Assembly: GCA_964609125.1 (NCBI GenBank)
Contig: CAZSQX010000002.1
Location: 102,621-166,620, forward strand
Direction: 5' to 3'
From: an uncultured bacterium
GTDB lineage: Bacteria > Eisenbacteria > RBG-16-71-46
Length of the DNA: 64,000 nt
The position numbers and the translations under genes were made by a program. Below the pieces are notes generated by a model that worked only from the letters and a program-made list of their open reading frames with translations, had not been told where the DNA came from and made no database searches. Shown piece by piece: positions 1 through 9,234 of this stretch (positions are counted from its first letter, which is position 1; each line of letters opens with the position of its first letter).

Positions 1-468
1 CTCATCGCCGCACTCGAGCGCGGGGCGGGCGAACCGCGCTTCGAGTGCGCGAGCATCGAGGTGCTGGGGCTCGCCCGCTGCCGGTCCGCGCGCGGAAGCG
101 TCACGGCGCGGCTCCAGAGCCCGCACCTGGAGGTGCGCGTGGCGGCCGCCCGGGCGCTCGGCCGGCTCGGCATGGGCGAGGCCATCCCGGTGCTGGTCAT
201 GGCGCTCGCGGATCCGGCGTGGCCGGTGCGGGCGATGGCGGCGCAGGCCCTGGGCCGGCTCTCGGCCTCGCCCGCGGTGGACGCGCTCGCGGCGTGCGTG
301 GGCGATCCGTCGTGGTGGGTGCGCCACCACGCGGCCTACGCGCTCGCGGCCATCGGCGGCGAGGGCCACGACGCGCTCTGCGACCTCGCGGCGCGCTCGG
401 CGGACGACTTCGCGCGCGAGATGGCGCGCGAGGCGCTCGACTACGGCGCGGGGCGCGAGCGGGCGTAG
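1..468 (+). CDS. HEAT/PBS-lyase-like repeat protein, 5' end outside window
   Basis: Translation in the frame of ORF 61..468 shows repeated AxxALGxLG...AIPxL HEAT-like units; no start within window. Confidence 0.55.
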   Translation, partial: LIAALERGAGEPRFECASIEVLGLARCRSARGSVTARLQSPHLEVRVAAARALGRLGMGEAIPVLVMALADPAWPVRAMAAQALGRLSASPAVDALAACVGDPSWWVRHHAAYALAAIGGEGHDALCDLAARSADDFAREMAREALDYGAGRERA

Positions 469-494
469 CACGGCGCTTGCCGCCAGCGACACGG

Positions 495-1448
495 ATGCCG
501 GAGACTCTCGCCATGGCCCACCCCTCTCCACGCGACCCGCGCCGGCCGAGGGCGTCGGGCTACATCCTCGAGCGCGCGGAGCGCGAGTCGGGCGGGAGCG
601 AGCTCCAGCGGGTGAAGGACGCGCTCGTTTCGCGCGGGCTCTCACCACGCAGGCGCTTCGGACAGAACTTCCTCGTGCGCGAGGAGATCGCCGAGCGGAT
701 CGTCGAGCACGCGCACCTGCACGAGGACGACGTGGCGGTGGAGATCGGCCCGGGCGCGGGCGCGCTCACGCTGCGGCTGGCGCGGCGCGTGCGGCACCTG
801 GTGGCGGTCGAGAAGGACGCCGGCCTCGCGGACTACCTGCGCGAGGAGTGCGGCGACGTGCCGCGCATCACCATCGTCGAGGGCGACTTCCTCGAGTTCG
901 ACCTGGCCGCGGCGGCCGCGGCGCACGGGGTCGCGAAGCTGGTGGTGGTGGGGAACATCCCCTACAACGTCACCACGCCCATCCTCGAGCACCTGTTCGC
1001 GGCGCGCGGCGTGGTGCGGAGCGCGGTGCTGCTGGTGCAGCGGGAGTACGCCCAGCGCCTCGCCGCCGCCGCCGGGACGCCGGAGTACGGCTCGCTGACG
1101 CTGTTCGCGCGCTACCACGCGCTCATGGAGCCGCTCATGACCGTGGGCGCGGGGGCGTTCTGGCCGCGGCCCGAGGTGGACTCGATGCTGGTGCGTTTCT
1201 TCCTGCGCGAGCACCCGCCGGTGGACGCGCCCGAGGCGCTGCTGTTCCGCATCATCCGCGCCTCGTTCCAGCAGCGGCGGAAGCAACTCCAGAACACGCT
1301 CGAGAACGCGCTCGGGCTGCCGCGCGCGGCGGTGGAGCGGCTCGGCCGCCAGGCGGGGATCTCGCTCGCGCGCCGCGGCGAGACGCTCACGCTGGACGAG
1401 TTCGCGCGCCTCGCGCGCGCCGCCGTGGACCGCGGCATCGACGCCTGA
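495..1448 (+). CDS. rsmA: 16S rRNA (adenine1518/1519-N6)-dimethyltransferase RsmA/KsgA
   Basis: RRFGQNFL motif, GNIPYNVTTP and SAM-binding EIGPGAGALT motifs typical of KsgA. ATG at 495 (M151 of ORF 45..1448); in-frame GTG at 612 would give a canonical-length N-terminus. Confidence 0.85.
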   Translation: MPETLAMAHPSPRDPRRPRASGYILERAERESGGSELQRVKDALVSRGLSPRRRFGQNFLVREEIAERIVEHAHLHEDDVAVEIGPGAGALTLRLARRVRHLVAVEKDAGLADYLREECGDVPRITIVEGDFLEFDLAAAAAAHGVAKLVVVGNIPYNVTTPILEHLFAARGVVRSAVLLVQREYAQRLAAAAGTPEYGSLTLFARYHALMEPLMTVGAGAFWPRPEVDSMLVRFFLREHPPVDAPEALLFRIIRASFQQRRKQLQNTLENALGLPRAAVERLGRQAGISLARRGETLTLDEFARLARAAVDRGIDA

Positions 1449-1542
1449 GCGGGGCGGCGGGCCCATGGGGGCGGCCCGCACCCGGCCCGACCGCGGCGAT
1501 GCCGGATCGCGGCGCGAGGCGACCGGACGGGCGGGCCGCCCG

Positions 1543-1917
1543 CTACCAGATCCCCAGCCGCAGGAACCTCACCTCGGCATTCCCCGCCGAGTCGATCACG
1601 GCCCGGAAGCGGTAGTTGGCCGAGCCCTCGACGTAGTCGCCGCCGTGCGAGGCGATCGGCCGGCCGCCGAAGCGGCCGCTCACCCACAGCAGATCCTCGC
1701 CCTTCACGCGCGGCCGCACCTCGACGCTCTCGCCCGGGGCGAGCGGCGGCACCCGCGCGGAGTCCCGCTGCGTGCGTACCCAGATCGCGTCCAGGCGCCG
1801 GCCCGAGGCGTTCACCACCCGCACGCGCGGCCCCTCGCCGCCGGCGCAGGCCGGGAGCGCGAGCGCCACCGCCAGCAGCGCGGCGCACAGCGAACACCCC
1901 GCGAGCATGCGGCGCAT
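1543..1917 (-). CDS. small lipoprotein, hypothetical
   Basis: MRRMLAGCSLCAALLAVALALPAC: signal peptide with lipobox. Last gene of the HK-RR operon direction. Start located by index within ORF 1543..2823. Confidence 0.5.
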   Translation of the reverse strand: MRRMLAGCSLCAALLAVALALPACAGGEGPRVRVVNASGRRLDAIWVRTQRDSARVPPLAPGESVEVRPRVKGEDLLWVSGRFGGRPIASHGGDYVEGSANYRFRAVIDSAGNAEVRFLRLGIW

Positions 1918-1997
1918 CCGGAGCGCGCGGCCGGCCCGCGGGGTGTCGGGCCCTCGTCGCCCGGGCGGCGGGTCGGGGGCCGGTGCTGCGTCGGAAC

Positions 1998-2702
1998 TCA
2001 CGGTTCCACGAACTTGTAGCCCACCTTGTGCACGGCCACGATGAAAGGCTTCTCGAAGCCCTCGCCCAGCTTGCTGCGCAGGTTCGAGACGTGCGTGTCC
2101 ACGGTGCGGGTGGTCACCCCCAGCTCCTCGTCCACGCCCCAGATCTCCTCGAGCAGCTCCTCGCGGCTCACGGTGCGGCCGCGGTGCTCGATGAGGTACT
2201 TCAGCAGCTCGAACTCCTTGAACGAGAGCGCGACCTGCTTGCCGGCCTTGTACACCTCGCGCGGCTCGAACCGCACCTCGACGTCGCCGAACGAGTACGT
2301 CGTCGTGGGCGGCGCGCCGATGTTCATGGGCCCGCGCGCCACGAGCCTCTTCACCCGCGCCGCCAGCTCCTTGGGGCTGAACGGCTTCGTCACGTAGTCG
2401 TCCGCGCCCAGGTCGAAGCCCTTGAGCACGTCGGCCTCGAAGTTGCGCGCGGTCATGACAAGGACCGGGATGTCCTTGTGCCTCTGGCGCAGTTCCTTCA
2501 GCACCGTGAAGCCGTCCTTCTCGGGCAGCATGATGTCCAGGAGCACGGCGTCCGGCTTCTGCTTGAGCGCCATGCGCAGGCCCTCCTGGCCGGTCTTCGC
2601 CGTCAGGACCTCGTAGCCCTCGTAGCGGAAGTTGTGGGCCAGGCCGTCGAGCAGGCCCTCTTCGTCCTCGACGATCAGGATCTTCTTCTTTTCCGTGGTC
2701 AT
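1998..2702 (-). CDS. OmpR-family response regulator (receiver + winged-helix)
   Basis: MTTEKKKILIVEDE receiver start and C-terminal OmpR/PhoB-type DNA-binding domain (TVDTHVSNLRSKL). Start codon overlaps the kinase stop (ATGA). Confidence 0.9.
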   Translation of the reverse strand: MTTEKKKILIVEDEEGLLDGLAHNFRYEGYEVLTAKTGQEGLRMALKQKPDAVLLDIMLPEKDGFTVLKELRQRHKDIPVLVMTARNFEADVLKGFDLGADDYVTKPFSPKELAARVKRLVARGPMNIGAPPTTTYSFGDVEVRFEPREVYKAGKQVALSFKEFELLKYLIEHRGRTVSREELLEEIWGVDEELGVTTRTVDTHVSNLRSKLGEGFEKPFIVAVHKVGYKFVEP

Positions 2703-4255
2703 GTCCCTCTCCCGGAGCGCCCGCCGTCCAGAGCCGGCAGCACGATGGTGAACGTGCTCCCCTCGCCGGGCGTGCTGGCCACTTCGACCCGGCCATGATG
2801 CGCCCGGACCAGCATCTGGACAAGCGACAGCCCCAGCCCCGCGCCCTTCACGGTGTGGACGAGCCCGGTCTCGACCCGGGCGAACTTCTCGAAGATTCGC
2901 TCGCGCTCGTCGGGCGGTATGCCGATGCCCCGGTCCGCCACGGCCAGCCGCACCTCGTCGCCGTCGGTCGTGAGCGCGACCCGGACGTCCTTGCGGTCGC
3001 GCGAGTACTTGACCGCGTTGTCGAGCAGGTTCAGGAGGCAGTGCTGGAGCGCGCGGCCGTCGCCCAGCACGAGCGGCATCGCGTCCGGCAGGGTGACCTC
3101 GTAGTGGAACCCGGCGTCCTCGAGCCGCAGGCGGAACGTGTCCATGACGGTGTTCACCACCTCGCGCAGGTCCACCGGCGCGCGGTCGATGGTGCGCTGG
3201 CCGGCTTCGAGCCGCGAGTAGTCGAGGATGTTGTCCACGAGGTGCGCGAGGCGGTCGGTCTCGCGCGCGATCGCGCGCAGGAACTTTTCGCGCTCGGCGT
3301 CGGTGCTGTAGCGTCCCAGCTCCAGCGTCTCGACCGCGACCATGATCACCGAGATCGGGGTCTTGAGCTCGTGCGTGACGTTGGAAACGAAGCTGGTCTT
3401 GGCGTTCACCAGCTCGACCTGGCGCAGGATGTAGCGCGCGCCCACGAACGTGGCCCCGAGCATCACCAGCGTGAGCAGGCCGATGAACGCGATCTCGATG
3501 GCCACGAGCCGGTTCGCGAACGCCACCGGCGACGTGGGTGTGGCCGCCACGCGCACCTGGAAGCCCTCGAACGGCCCGGTCATGGGCGCGTGGCGCGCGG
3601 TGGCCGGGAACGCCGACTCGCGCACGTGAGCCACCTCGTTGCCGAGCGGGCCGAGCACGGTGATCGCCAGATGACGCGTGGATTCGAGCCCGCCGTACAT
3701 GCGCGGGCTCGCGGGCAGCCGGTCCACGACCACCGTGCGCAGGTGCTCGGCGAGGAACGCGCGCGGGTTGAACCACCAGCCGCCGGCCCCGAGCACGTTG
3801 CCGTCGGGCCCGGAGAGCAGCATGGCCGCGAACGGGTGCTCGCGCTGCCCGGTGGGGTCGGCGCCGAAGATGAGCAGCTGGCCGTCCACCGTGACGATGG
3901 AATAGCCCTCGAGCTGGGCGAGAGGCACGAAGTGCGGCGCCTCGAACAAGCGCGCCCGGCTGGCGAGCGCGCGCCGGATCTCCTCCTGGTCGCCGGTGGC
4001 GCGGGACGCCGCCTCGGCGGGCCCCAGCGCGGCGCGCACCTCGTCCAGCAGCTCGCGCTCGAACGCCTCGACGACCTTCTCGGCCAGGTAGGCGTTGTAG
4101 CGGCCGGACTCGGCTTCGACCTGGCGCGAGACCCGCAGCGTGAGCCAGACGGCGGTCACGGCCAGAGCCAGCGCCGGCAGCGCGACGGCCACCACCAGCA
4201 CGAACAGCTTGTGCTCGCGCGAGCGCGGCAGGAGCCGGGGAACGGGCAGGGACAT
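2699..4255 (-). CDS. sensor histidine kinase
   Basis: H-box SNVTHELKTP and HATPase motifs (NLLDNAVKYS, DRGIGIP, GAGLGLSLV). N-terminal TM helix; start at M40 of ORF 2699..4372. Confidence 0.85.
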   Translation of the reverse strand: MSLPVPRLLPRSREHKLFVLVVAVALPALALAVTAVWLTLRVSRQVEAESGRYNAYLAEKVVEAFERELLDEVRAALGPAEAASRATGDQEEIRRALASRARLFEAPHFVPLAQLEGYSIVTVDGQLLIFGADPTGQREHPFAAMLLSGPDGNVLGAGGWWFNPRAFLAEHLRTVVVDRLPASPRMYGGLESTRHLAITVLGPLGNEVAHVRESAFPATARHAPMTGPFEGFQVRVAATPTSPVAFANRLVAIEIAFIGLLTLVMLGATFVGARYILRQVELVNAKTSFVSNVTHELKTPISVIMVAVETLELGRYSTDAEREKFLRAIARETDRLAHLVDNILDYSRLEAGQRTIDRAPVDLREVVNTVMDTFRLRLEDAGFHYEVTLPDAMPLVLGDGRALQHCLLNLLDNAVKYSRDRKDVRVALTTDGDEVRLAVADRGIGIPPDERERIFEKFARVETGLVHTVKGAGLGLSLVQMLVRAHHGRVEVASTPGEGSTFTIVLPALDGGRSGRGT

Positions 4256-4432
4256 GAGCGCGGGGAGCCTAGGGGCTGGGAGGCCGGTGCGCACGTCCAC
4301 GCCGGAGCCTGCGGCCGACGGGCGCGCCCGCGGAGGCGCCGAGGCGCGCCGCGACGCGGCGGCCCGGGCCACAAAGCGGCGGGCCGGTCCGCCAGTGGCG
4401 GACCGGCCCGGGGATCTTCGCGGGGCGCGCGA

Positions 4433-5260
4433 TCAGCGCATCGCGACCGGCTGGCCGGTCATGTTGCGGATGCGGGTCACGACGCTCTGGTCGCTGGAGG
4501 TGAGCAGCGTCATGCAGCCGCGCTCGACGTTCACCACCTCGCGCTGGAGCTTGCCGCTGGCGATCGCGCCGCGGAGCGCCTTGCACTCGGGGCACAGGCT
4601 CTTGCTGCCGCCCGCGGCGAGCGAGGACATCAGCTTCTCGTGCCGCTTGGCGACCATGGCCTGGAGCGCCTTCACGTCGGCCGGCGACTCGGTCGTGTAG
4701 ACGATCATCGCGCCGTTCTTGAGCGCGACCACCTGGGCCTTGGCGCCGAGCGCGTTCACGTCCTGCTCGCAGGTGGACCAATCGAGGCAGGCCGAGCAGT
4801 CGTGCGCCGCGCCCTTCATGCCGGCCACGGCGGCCGAGGAGGCCTTGCCGGTCGCGCAGTGGTCCATGGCGGACGCCTTGGCGTTCGCGGCGGCCACGGA
4901 GGCGGTCGAGGAGCCCTTCATGGCGCAGCAGTCGCCGCCCTTCGCGGCCTTGCCTGCCTTGCTGTTGCTCGCGACCATGGCGGTGGCCGAGGCGCCCTTC
5001 GCCTCGCAGCCCATGGCGGCGGCGACGGCCGGATTGCTCATGCAGGCTTCCGCCATCGCGGGCGTGCAGGCCGCGGCCATCTCCGCCGTGCAGCCGGCGT
5101 GGGCCGCGTGCGCGACCTTGGAAGCGCTCGCCGCCCTGGCGGTCGTGGCCTTGGCGGCGGTGGAGTTCTTCGCGGACTTGTGGGCGTCGCAGGCAAGCGC
5201 CGCGGAAGCGGTACAGGCGCAGGCGAGCAGGGCAACGGCGAGCAGGCGCAGCGACTTCAT
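4433..5260 (-). CDS. secreted Ala/Lys-rich protein with many Cys/His/Met (candidate periplasmic metal-binding protein)
   Basis: Signal peptide MKSLRLLAVALLACA. Low-complexity region rich in C, H, M (HAAHAGC, CC, MxxxM), then a C-terminal ~100-aa globular part with CPEC. GGGAGG RBS 8 nt upstream of the ATG. Confidence 0.6.
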   Translation of the reverse strand: MKSLRLLAVALLACACTASAALACDAHKSAKNSTAAKATTARAASASKVAHAAHAGCTAEMAAACTPAMAEACMSNPAVAAAMGCEAKGASATAMVASNSKAGKAAKGGDCCAMKGSSTASVAAANAKASAMDHCATGKASSAAVAGMKGAAHDCSACLDWSTCEQDVNALGAKAQVVALKNGAMIVYTTESPADVKALQAMVAKRHEKLMSSLAAGGSKSLCPECKALRGAIASGKLQREVVNVERGCMTLLTSSDQSVVTRIRNMTGQPVAMR

Positions 5261-5737
5261 GGAGTCGACCTCCCGGAAGGTTTGGACGCCGAGGTCGCAC
5301 TCGTGGGGAGCACGCCCCGCAAAGACCCTGGAATCATCGGCCGGCCAGCGGAAATCGTGTCAGTCGGGGTTCCGCCCGATGTCAGGCTGCTGCAAAAAGG
5401 CCCCCGCACTGGGCGTTCGGAGCCGCCCCGGCCGGGTGACCCGCACCACGGGGAGCGTCGCGCGACGATGTTCTCAAGGGAGGTGGCGCCGGAGTCCGCC
5501 CGGGACCACCGGCGGAGGCGGGCTCCGATCCCCGTCCACGAGCTCCTCGATGGCGCCCCCCCGGCGCCCCGTCCTCGCGCGACACGACGCCGCCCGCCAG
5601 GGCGCCTGTCCTCGCACGCAGGCTCGCGGCCGATCCGCGATGGCTCCACGAGCGAGCCGTCGTGCACACGGCGGCGCCAGCGATTCCTCTTCATTGACGC
5701 TCGGCGCGGAGCCTTCTTACTGTGCGAGACGCTCCTC

Positions 5738-6925
5738 ATGGTCAAGCGACGCTCGTCCGCCAAAGGGAAACGCGCCCCGTTCCTGGTGGGCGCGATCGCC
5801 GCTGGCGCCCTGCTGCTGTTCCTCGCGGGCGAGCTGTTCGCGTGGTTCGTGTCGGACTCGGGCCGCCTGGCGCTGTGGCGCCACGTCCACCTCGGCAGCC
5901 GCGCACACGCCGTGCGCATCGTCGGGCGCCGCATCGAGCAGGGCCTCGAGCGCGCCGGCGTGCCCCGCACCGCCATCGCCTCCGAGGCGCGCGGCGGCTC
6001 GGGGCCGTCGCTCGCCTGGGAGGTGACGCTCCCGCGCGGGGCCTCGCCGCTCCTCGCCAATCACCTGGTCACGCGAGCGGTGGAAGCCGGAGGCGCCGAG
6101 GTGCTGTCGGGGCGCGAGCGCACCGACCGCGAGGGCCGGCTGGTGGTGACGCTGCTCGTGGGCGTGCCCGGGCGGCCCACGCACGAGGTGAGGCTCGCGC
6201 GCCCCGCGCCCCCGAGCGAGGACTCCGCGCCCGAACCGGCGAAGCTCGCGGTGCTGCTCGTGGCCTCCGCCGAGGACGACTCGCTGCTCGCGGCCGTGAG
6301 CGGGCGGCCCGAGGTGTTCTCCGTGGGCGTGGCCGCGACCGGCGCCGGCCGGAGCGAGCCGCTGCGCGCGGCGCACGAGCGCCGGCGCGAGGTCGTGCTG
6401 TTCATGCCCATGGAACCCGAGAACTACCCGCGCGTGAACCCGGGGCCCGCCACGCTGCTCGTGAGCATGCCGCCGGGGCGCATCGGTCAGGCGCTCCGCC
6501 GCGAGATCGACGTGGCCCGTCCGGTGGTGGCGGTGGCGAACCTGATGGGCTCGTTCGCGACCCAGGACGAGGCCTTTATGACCGCGGTCTACGAGGAGCT
6601 GCGCCGCTCGCAGCTCCCGTTCCTGCACGTGAACGCGGTGCCGCGCGCGGTGTGCCGGCCGCTGGCGGCGCGGGTCGGCGCCGCGTACGACGAGCCGGAC
6701 GAGACCATCGACGGCGAGGCCCGGCGCGGCGACGCGCGGGCGTTCGAGCGCGCGTGGACCGCGGCGGTCGCGCGGGCGCGCGATCGCGGCCAGGCGCTGG
6801 TGATCGTGCGCGTCACCCCGGCGAGCGCGGGCTGGCTCGCGCGCGCGCTCGACCCGAAACGGCTGGGCGAGGTGCGGCTCGTGCCCGTCTCGGCGGTGAT
6901 CCGCCGACCCACAGCCGCGCACTGA
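5738..6925 (+). CDS. divergent polysaccharide deacetylase (YibQ-like) family protein
   Basis: N-terminal TM helix after MVKRRSSAKGKR. Overall similarity to the divergent polysaccharide deacetylase family (recognised by overall family resemblance; no single motif cited). Confidence 0.7.
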   Translation: MVKRRSSAKGKRAPFLVGAIAAGALLLFLAGELFAWFVSDSGRLALWRHVHLGSRAHAVRIVGRRIEQGLERAGVPRTAIASEARGGSGPSLAWEVTLPRGASPLLANHLVTRAVEAGGAEVLSGRERTDREGRLVVTLLVGVPGRPTHEVRLARPAPPSEDSAPEPAKLAVLLVASAEDDSLLAAVSGRPEVFSVGVAATGAGRSEPLRAAHERRREVVLFMPMEPENYPRVNPGPATLLVSMPPGRIGQALRREIDVARPVVAVANLMGSFATQDEAFMTAVYEELRRSQLPFLHVNAVPRAVCRPLAARVGAAYDEPDETIDGEARRGDARAFERAWTAAVARARDRGQALVIVRVTPASAGWLARALDPKRLGEVRLVPVSAVIRRPTAAH

Positions 6926-7059
6926 GGCGTGCGGGCCGCCGTCCGCGCGCGGGACGGCGCCGCGCGGGGCCGGCCCTCGACACCACGACCTGCGATCTCC
7001 CGAGCGCCAGGCACACCGTGCTGGCTTCGGGCCACGCGAGGCGTCTATGCTGGCGTCCC

Positions 7060-9168
7060 ATGGAGCCGGGACAGGACGTCCTCGCCTCGCTGCTTCACAC
7101 CAGCACCCGGACGTGGTGGCTCTCCGACGGCCGCGGCGCGCTCGTGTGCGGCACGTCCTCGGGCGCGGCCGCGCGGCGCGGGCATGCTCTGCTCGCGGCC
7201 CCCGGCGTGGGCCCGCGCGCCGAATGGCCGGCCGTCTCCCTCCTCCGCTTCGACGACCGCGCCACCCCGGAGGGCGGGGCGCCCTGCGAGCTCACACCCG
7301 CGTTCGTCGCGTCCGCGCGCGGCGAGGCCGGCCCTGGGCTCGCCGCGCGCGGACGCCCGCCCGCGTTCCTCGAGTCGTTGACGGCGTCGCCGTGGCCGAG
7401 GTGGCGGGTCCGCGGCGAGGGCTGGCGGCTCGAACGCGAGTACCGGACGATCGAGGGCCACCCGGCGCTCCTCGCCACCTGGCGGCTGCTCGCGGGCGGG
7501 CCGGTGCGGCTGGACGTGGCGCCGCTCCTCGTGGCGCGCTCCCTCGAGGGCCTCGAACGCGAGACGCCGGAGTTCCGCGGCGCGACCACGGGGATCCCGG
7601 GCAGGGTGCGCTGCGGCACGGTCGAGGGCTACGCGCCGCTCACGCTCTGGCACGGCGGCGCGTTCATGCCGGCGCGAGCCTGGCACCGCGGGCTCGCCTA
7701 CCCGGGCGAGCGCTCGCTCGAGCCGGGCGACCCGGACCTGGGCGAGGGCACGCCCGTCGAGGACGCGTTTCTTCCGGGCTGGGTCCAGTTGGTGCTGGCG
7801 GAACCCGGCGCGGCGCTGCACGTGGTGGCCTCGCCCGAGGAGCAGTTGTTCCGGACGCTCGCCGCCGAGCAGCGGCTCGGCACGCCGCCGGCCCGCACAC
7901 TCGCCGACTGCGTCTCGATGCTCGGCCTGGCCGAGAGCGAGCGCCGCGCCGGCTGGCACGACACGGCGATCGCCGGCGCGCGCGTGACGCGCCGGCAGGT
8001 GGCCGAAGCGGTGGCCGCCCGCGCGGCCCGCGAAGCAGGCGCGGCGCGCGAGGCGGGCGCCGAGCCGCCGGCCGCGGCCGAACCCGGGTCCTCGCTCGAC
8101 AGCGGCGACCAGGCGCTCGTCGCGCGGCTCGCGGCCCGGCTGCACGACGCCCTCCTCGAGCGCGCCGACCGCACGGCCGTGCTCACACAGCCGGGCCGCG
8201 CCGAGGAGCGCGGCCCCGACGCGCTGCGCGTCGCCGCCGGGTTCGTGTCGCTGCGCGGGTTCCGCGTCGCGCGCGACATCGCCCGCGGCTACATCGCCTA
8301 CCTGGACGAGGGGCTCGCGCCCGCCGGCTTCGGCGCCGACGGCATGCCGCACTACTCCGGCCCGGAGAGCTCGCTGTGGCTGATCCACGTCGTGGACCTG
8401 CTCTCGCGCCGCGACGACTCGGCGCAGACCGCCGACTGGCTCCGCGACGGCGCGTACGCCGCGCTCGAGGGCGTGCTCCAGAGCCTGCGCGCGGGCTCGC
8501 GCGAAGGGGTGCGCTGCGACCGCGACGGGTTCCTGTGGTCGGGCGAGGGCGGATCGGCCTGCTCGCGCGCGGACTTGAACGCGCTCTGGTACCACGCGCT
8601 CGTCGCCATGGCGCAGCTCGCCAAGCGCGCGAACCGGCGCGAGAACGCCGCGTTCTACCTGGCATGGGCGAGGGAGCTCCAGCGCGCGTTCATCGAACGC
8701 TTCTGGGACGAGGAGGCCGGCGAGCTGTTCGGCGCGCTGCTGCCCGACGACGTGCGGCGCCGCGAGCTGGTGCCCGCGCAACTCCTCGCGGTCTCGCTCC
8801 CGCCCATGCTGCTGCCGCCCAACCTGGCCGTGCGGCTGCTCGCCACCGTGACGCGCGAGCTCGCCGCCCCGGGCGGACTCCGACCGCGGCCGGGCGACGG
8901 CGCGGCCGAGCCCGACTGGCTCGGCGCCTGGGCGGCAGCGACGCGGCGCGCGCACGATCGCGACGCCGCGAGCGCCGGGCGGGTGCGCGAGGCGGTCGAG
9001 CGCTGGGCCGCCGGCGAGATGCGACACCGCGCCTCGCCCGGTGTCTCGCTCGCTTCGCTGGATCCATCCGGGGAGCTGGGCGTGGCGGGCGCCGCCGACC
9101 TGCTGCGCGCCGTGGTCGAGGAACTGGACCCGGCCCCGATCGAGGCGGAGGCGCCCGCGACGCGCTGA
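7060..9168 (+). CDS. glycogen debranching enzyme-like protein (amylo-alpha-1,6-glucosidase family)
   Basis: ~700-aa protein with GDE N-terminal and (alpha/alpha)6-barrel-like C-terminal region. ATG at 7060, in frame with ORF 5722..9168. Confidence 0.7.
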   Translation: MEPGQDVLASLLHTSTRTWWLSDGRGALVCGTSSGAAARRGHALLAAPGVGPRAEWPAVSLLRFDDRATPEGGAPCELTPAFVASARGEAGPGLAARGRPPAFLESLTASPWPRWRVRGEGWRLEREYRTIEGHPALLATWRLLAGGPVRLDVAPLLVARSLEGLERETPEFRGATTGIPGRVRCGTVEGYAPLTLWHGGAFMPARAWHRGLAYPGERSLEPGDPDLGEGTPVEDAFLPGWVQLVLAEPGAALHVVASPEEQLFRTLAAEQRLGTPPARTLADCVSMLGLAESERRAGWHDTAIAGARVTRRQVAEAVAARAAREAGAAREAGAEPPAAAEPGSSLDSGDQALVARLAARLHDALLERADRTAVLTQPGRAEERGPDALRVAAGFVSLRGFRVARDIARGYIAYLDEGLAPAGFGADGMPHYSGPESSLWLIHVVDLLSRRDDSAQTADWLRDGAYAALEGVLQSLRAGSREGVRCDRDGFLWSGEGGSACSRADLNALWYHALVAMAQLAKRANRRENAAFYLAWARELQRAFIERFWDEEAGELFGALLPDDVRRRELVPAQLLAVSLPPMLLPPNLAVRLLATVTRELAAPGGLRPRPGDGAAEPDWLGAWAAATRRAHDRDAASAGRVREAVERWAAGEMRHRASPGVSLASLDPSGELGVAGAADLLRAVVEELDPAPIEAEAPATR

Positions 9169-9213
9169 CCGGGTGGTCGCCCGTCGGACGCTCGGACGCC
9201 CGTGACCGGCCGA

Positions 9214-9229
9214 CCGGGCGATCGCCCGG
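9214..9229. terminator. perfect 16-bp palindrome ccgggcgatcgcccgg between convergent genes (candidate bidirectional terminator hairpin)
   Basis: Lies in the 66-bp gap between the GDE-like stop (9168) and the AsmA stop (9235). A longer imperfect hairpin spans ~9205-9236. No U-tract. Confidence 0.4.
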
Positions 9230-9234
9230 CCGGC

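Noticed and set aside
2795-6925. 1376-aa plus-strand ORF spanning the HK/RR and the secreted-protein genes
   Set aside because: Runs antisense to well-supported minus-strand genes. Only its last 395 codons (5738..6925, deacetylase with TM start) look like protein. The rest is a GC-driven stop-free frame.
5722-9168. 1148-aa ORF fusing the deacetylase region and the GDE-like gene
   Set aside because: The N-terminal 446 codons are low-complexity Arg/Gly/Pro in an alternative frame of the deacetylase. A real ATG with sensible protein begins at 7060.
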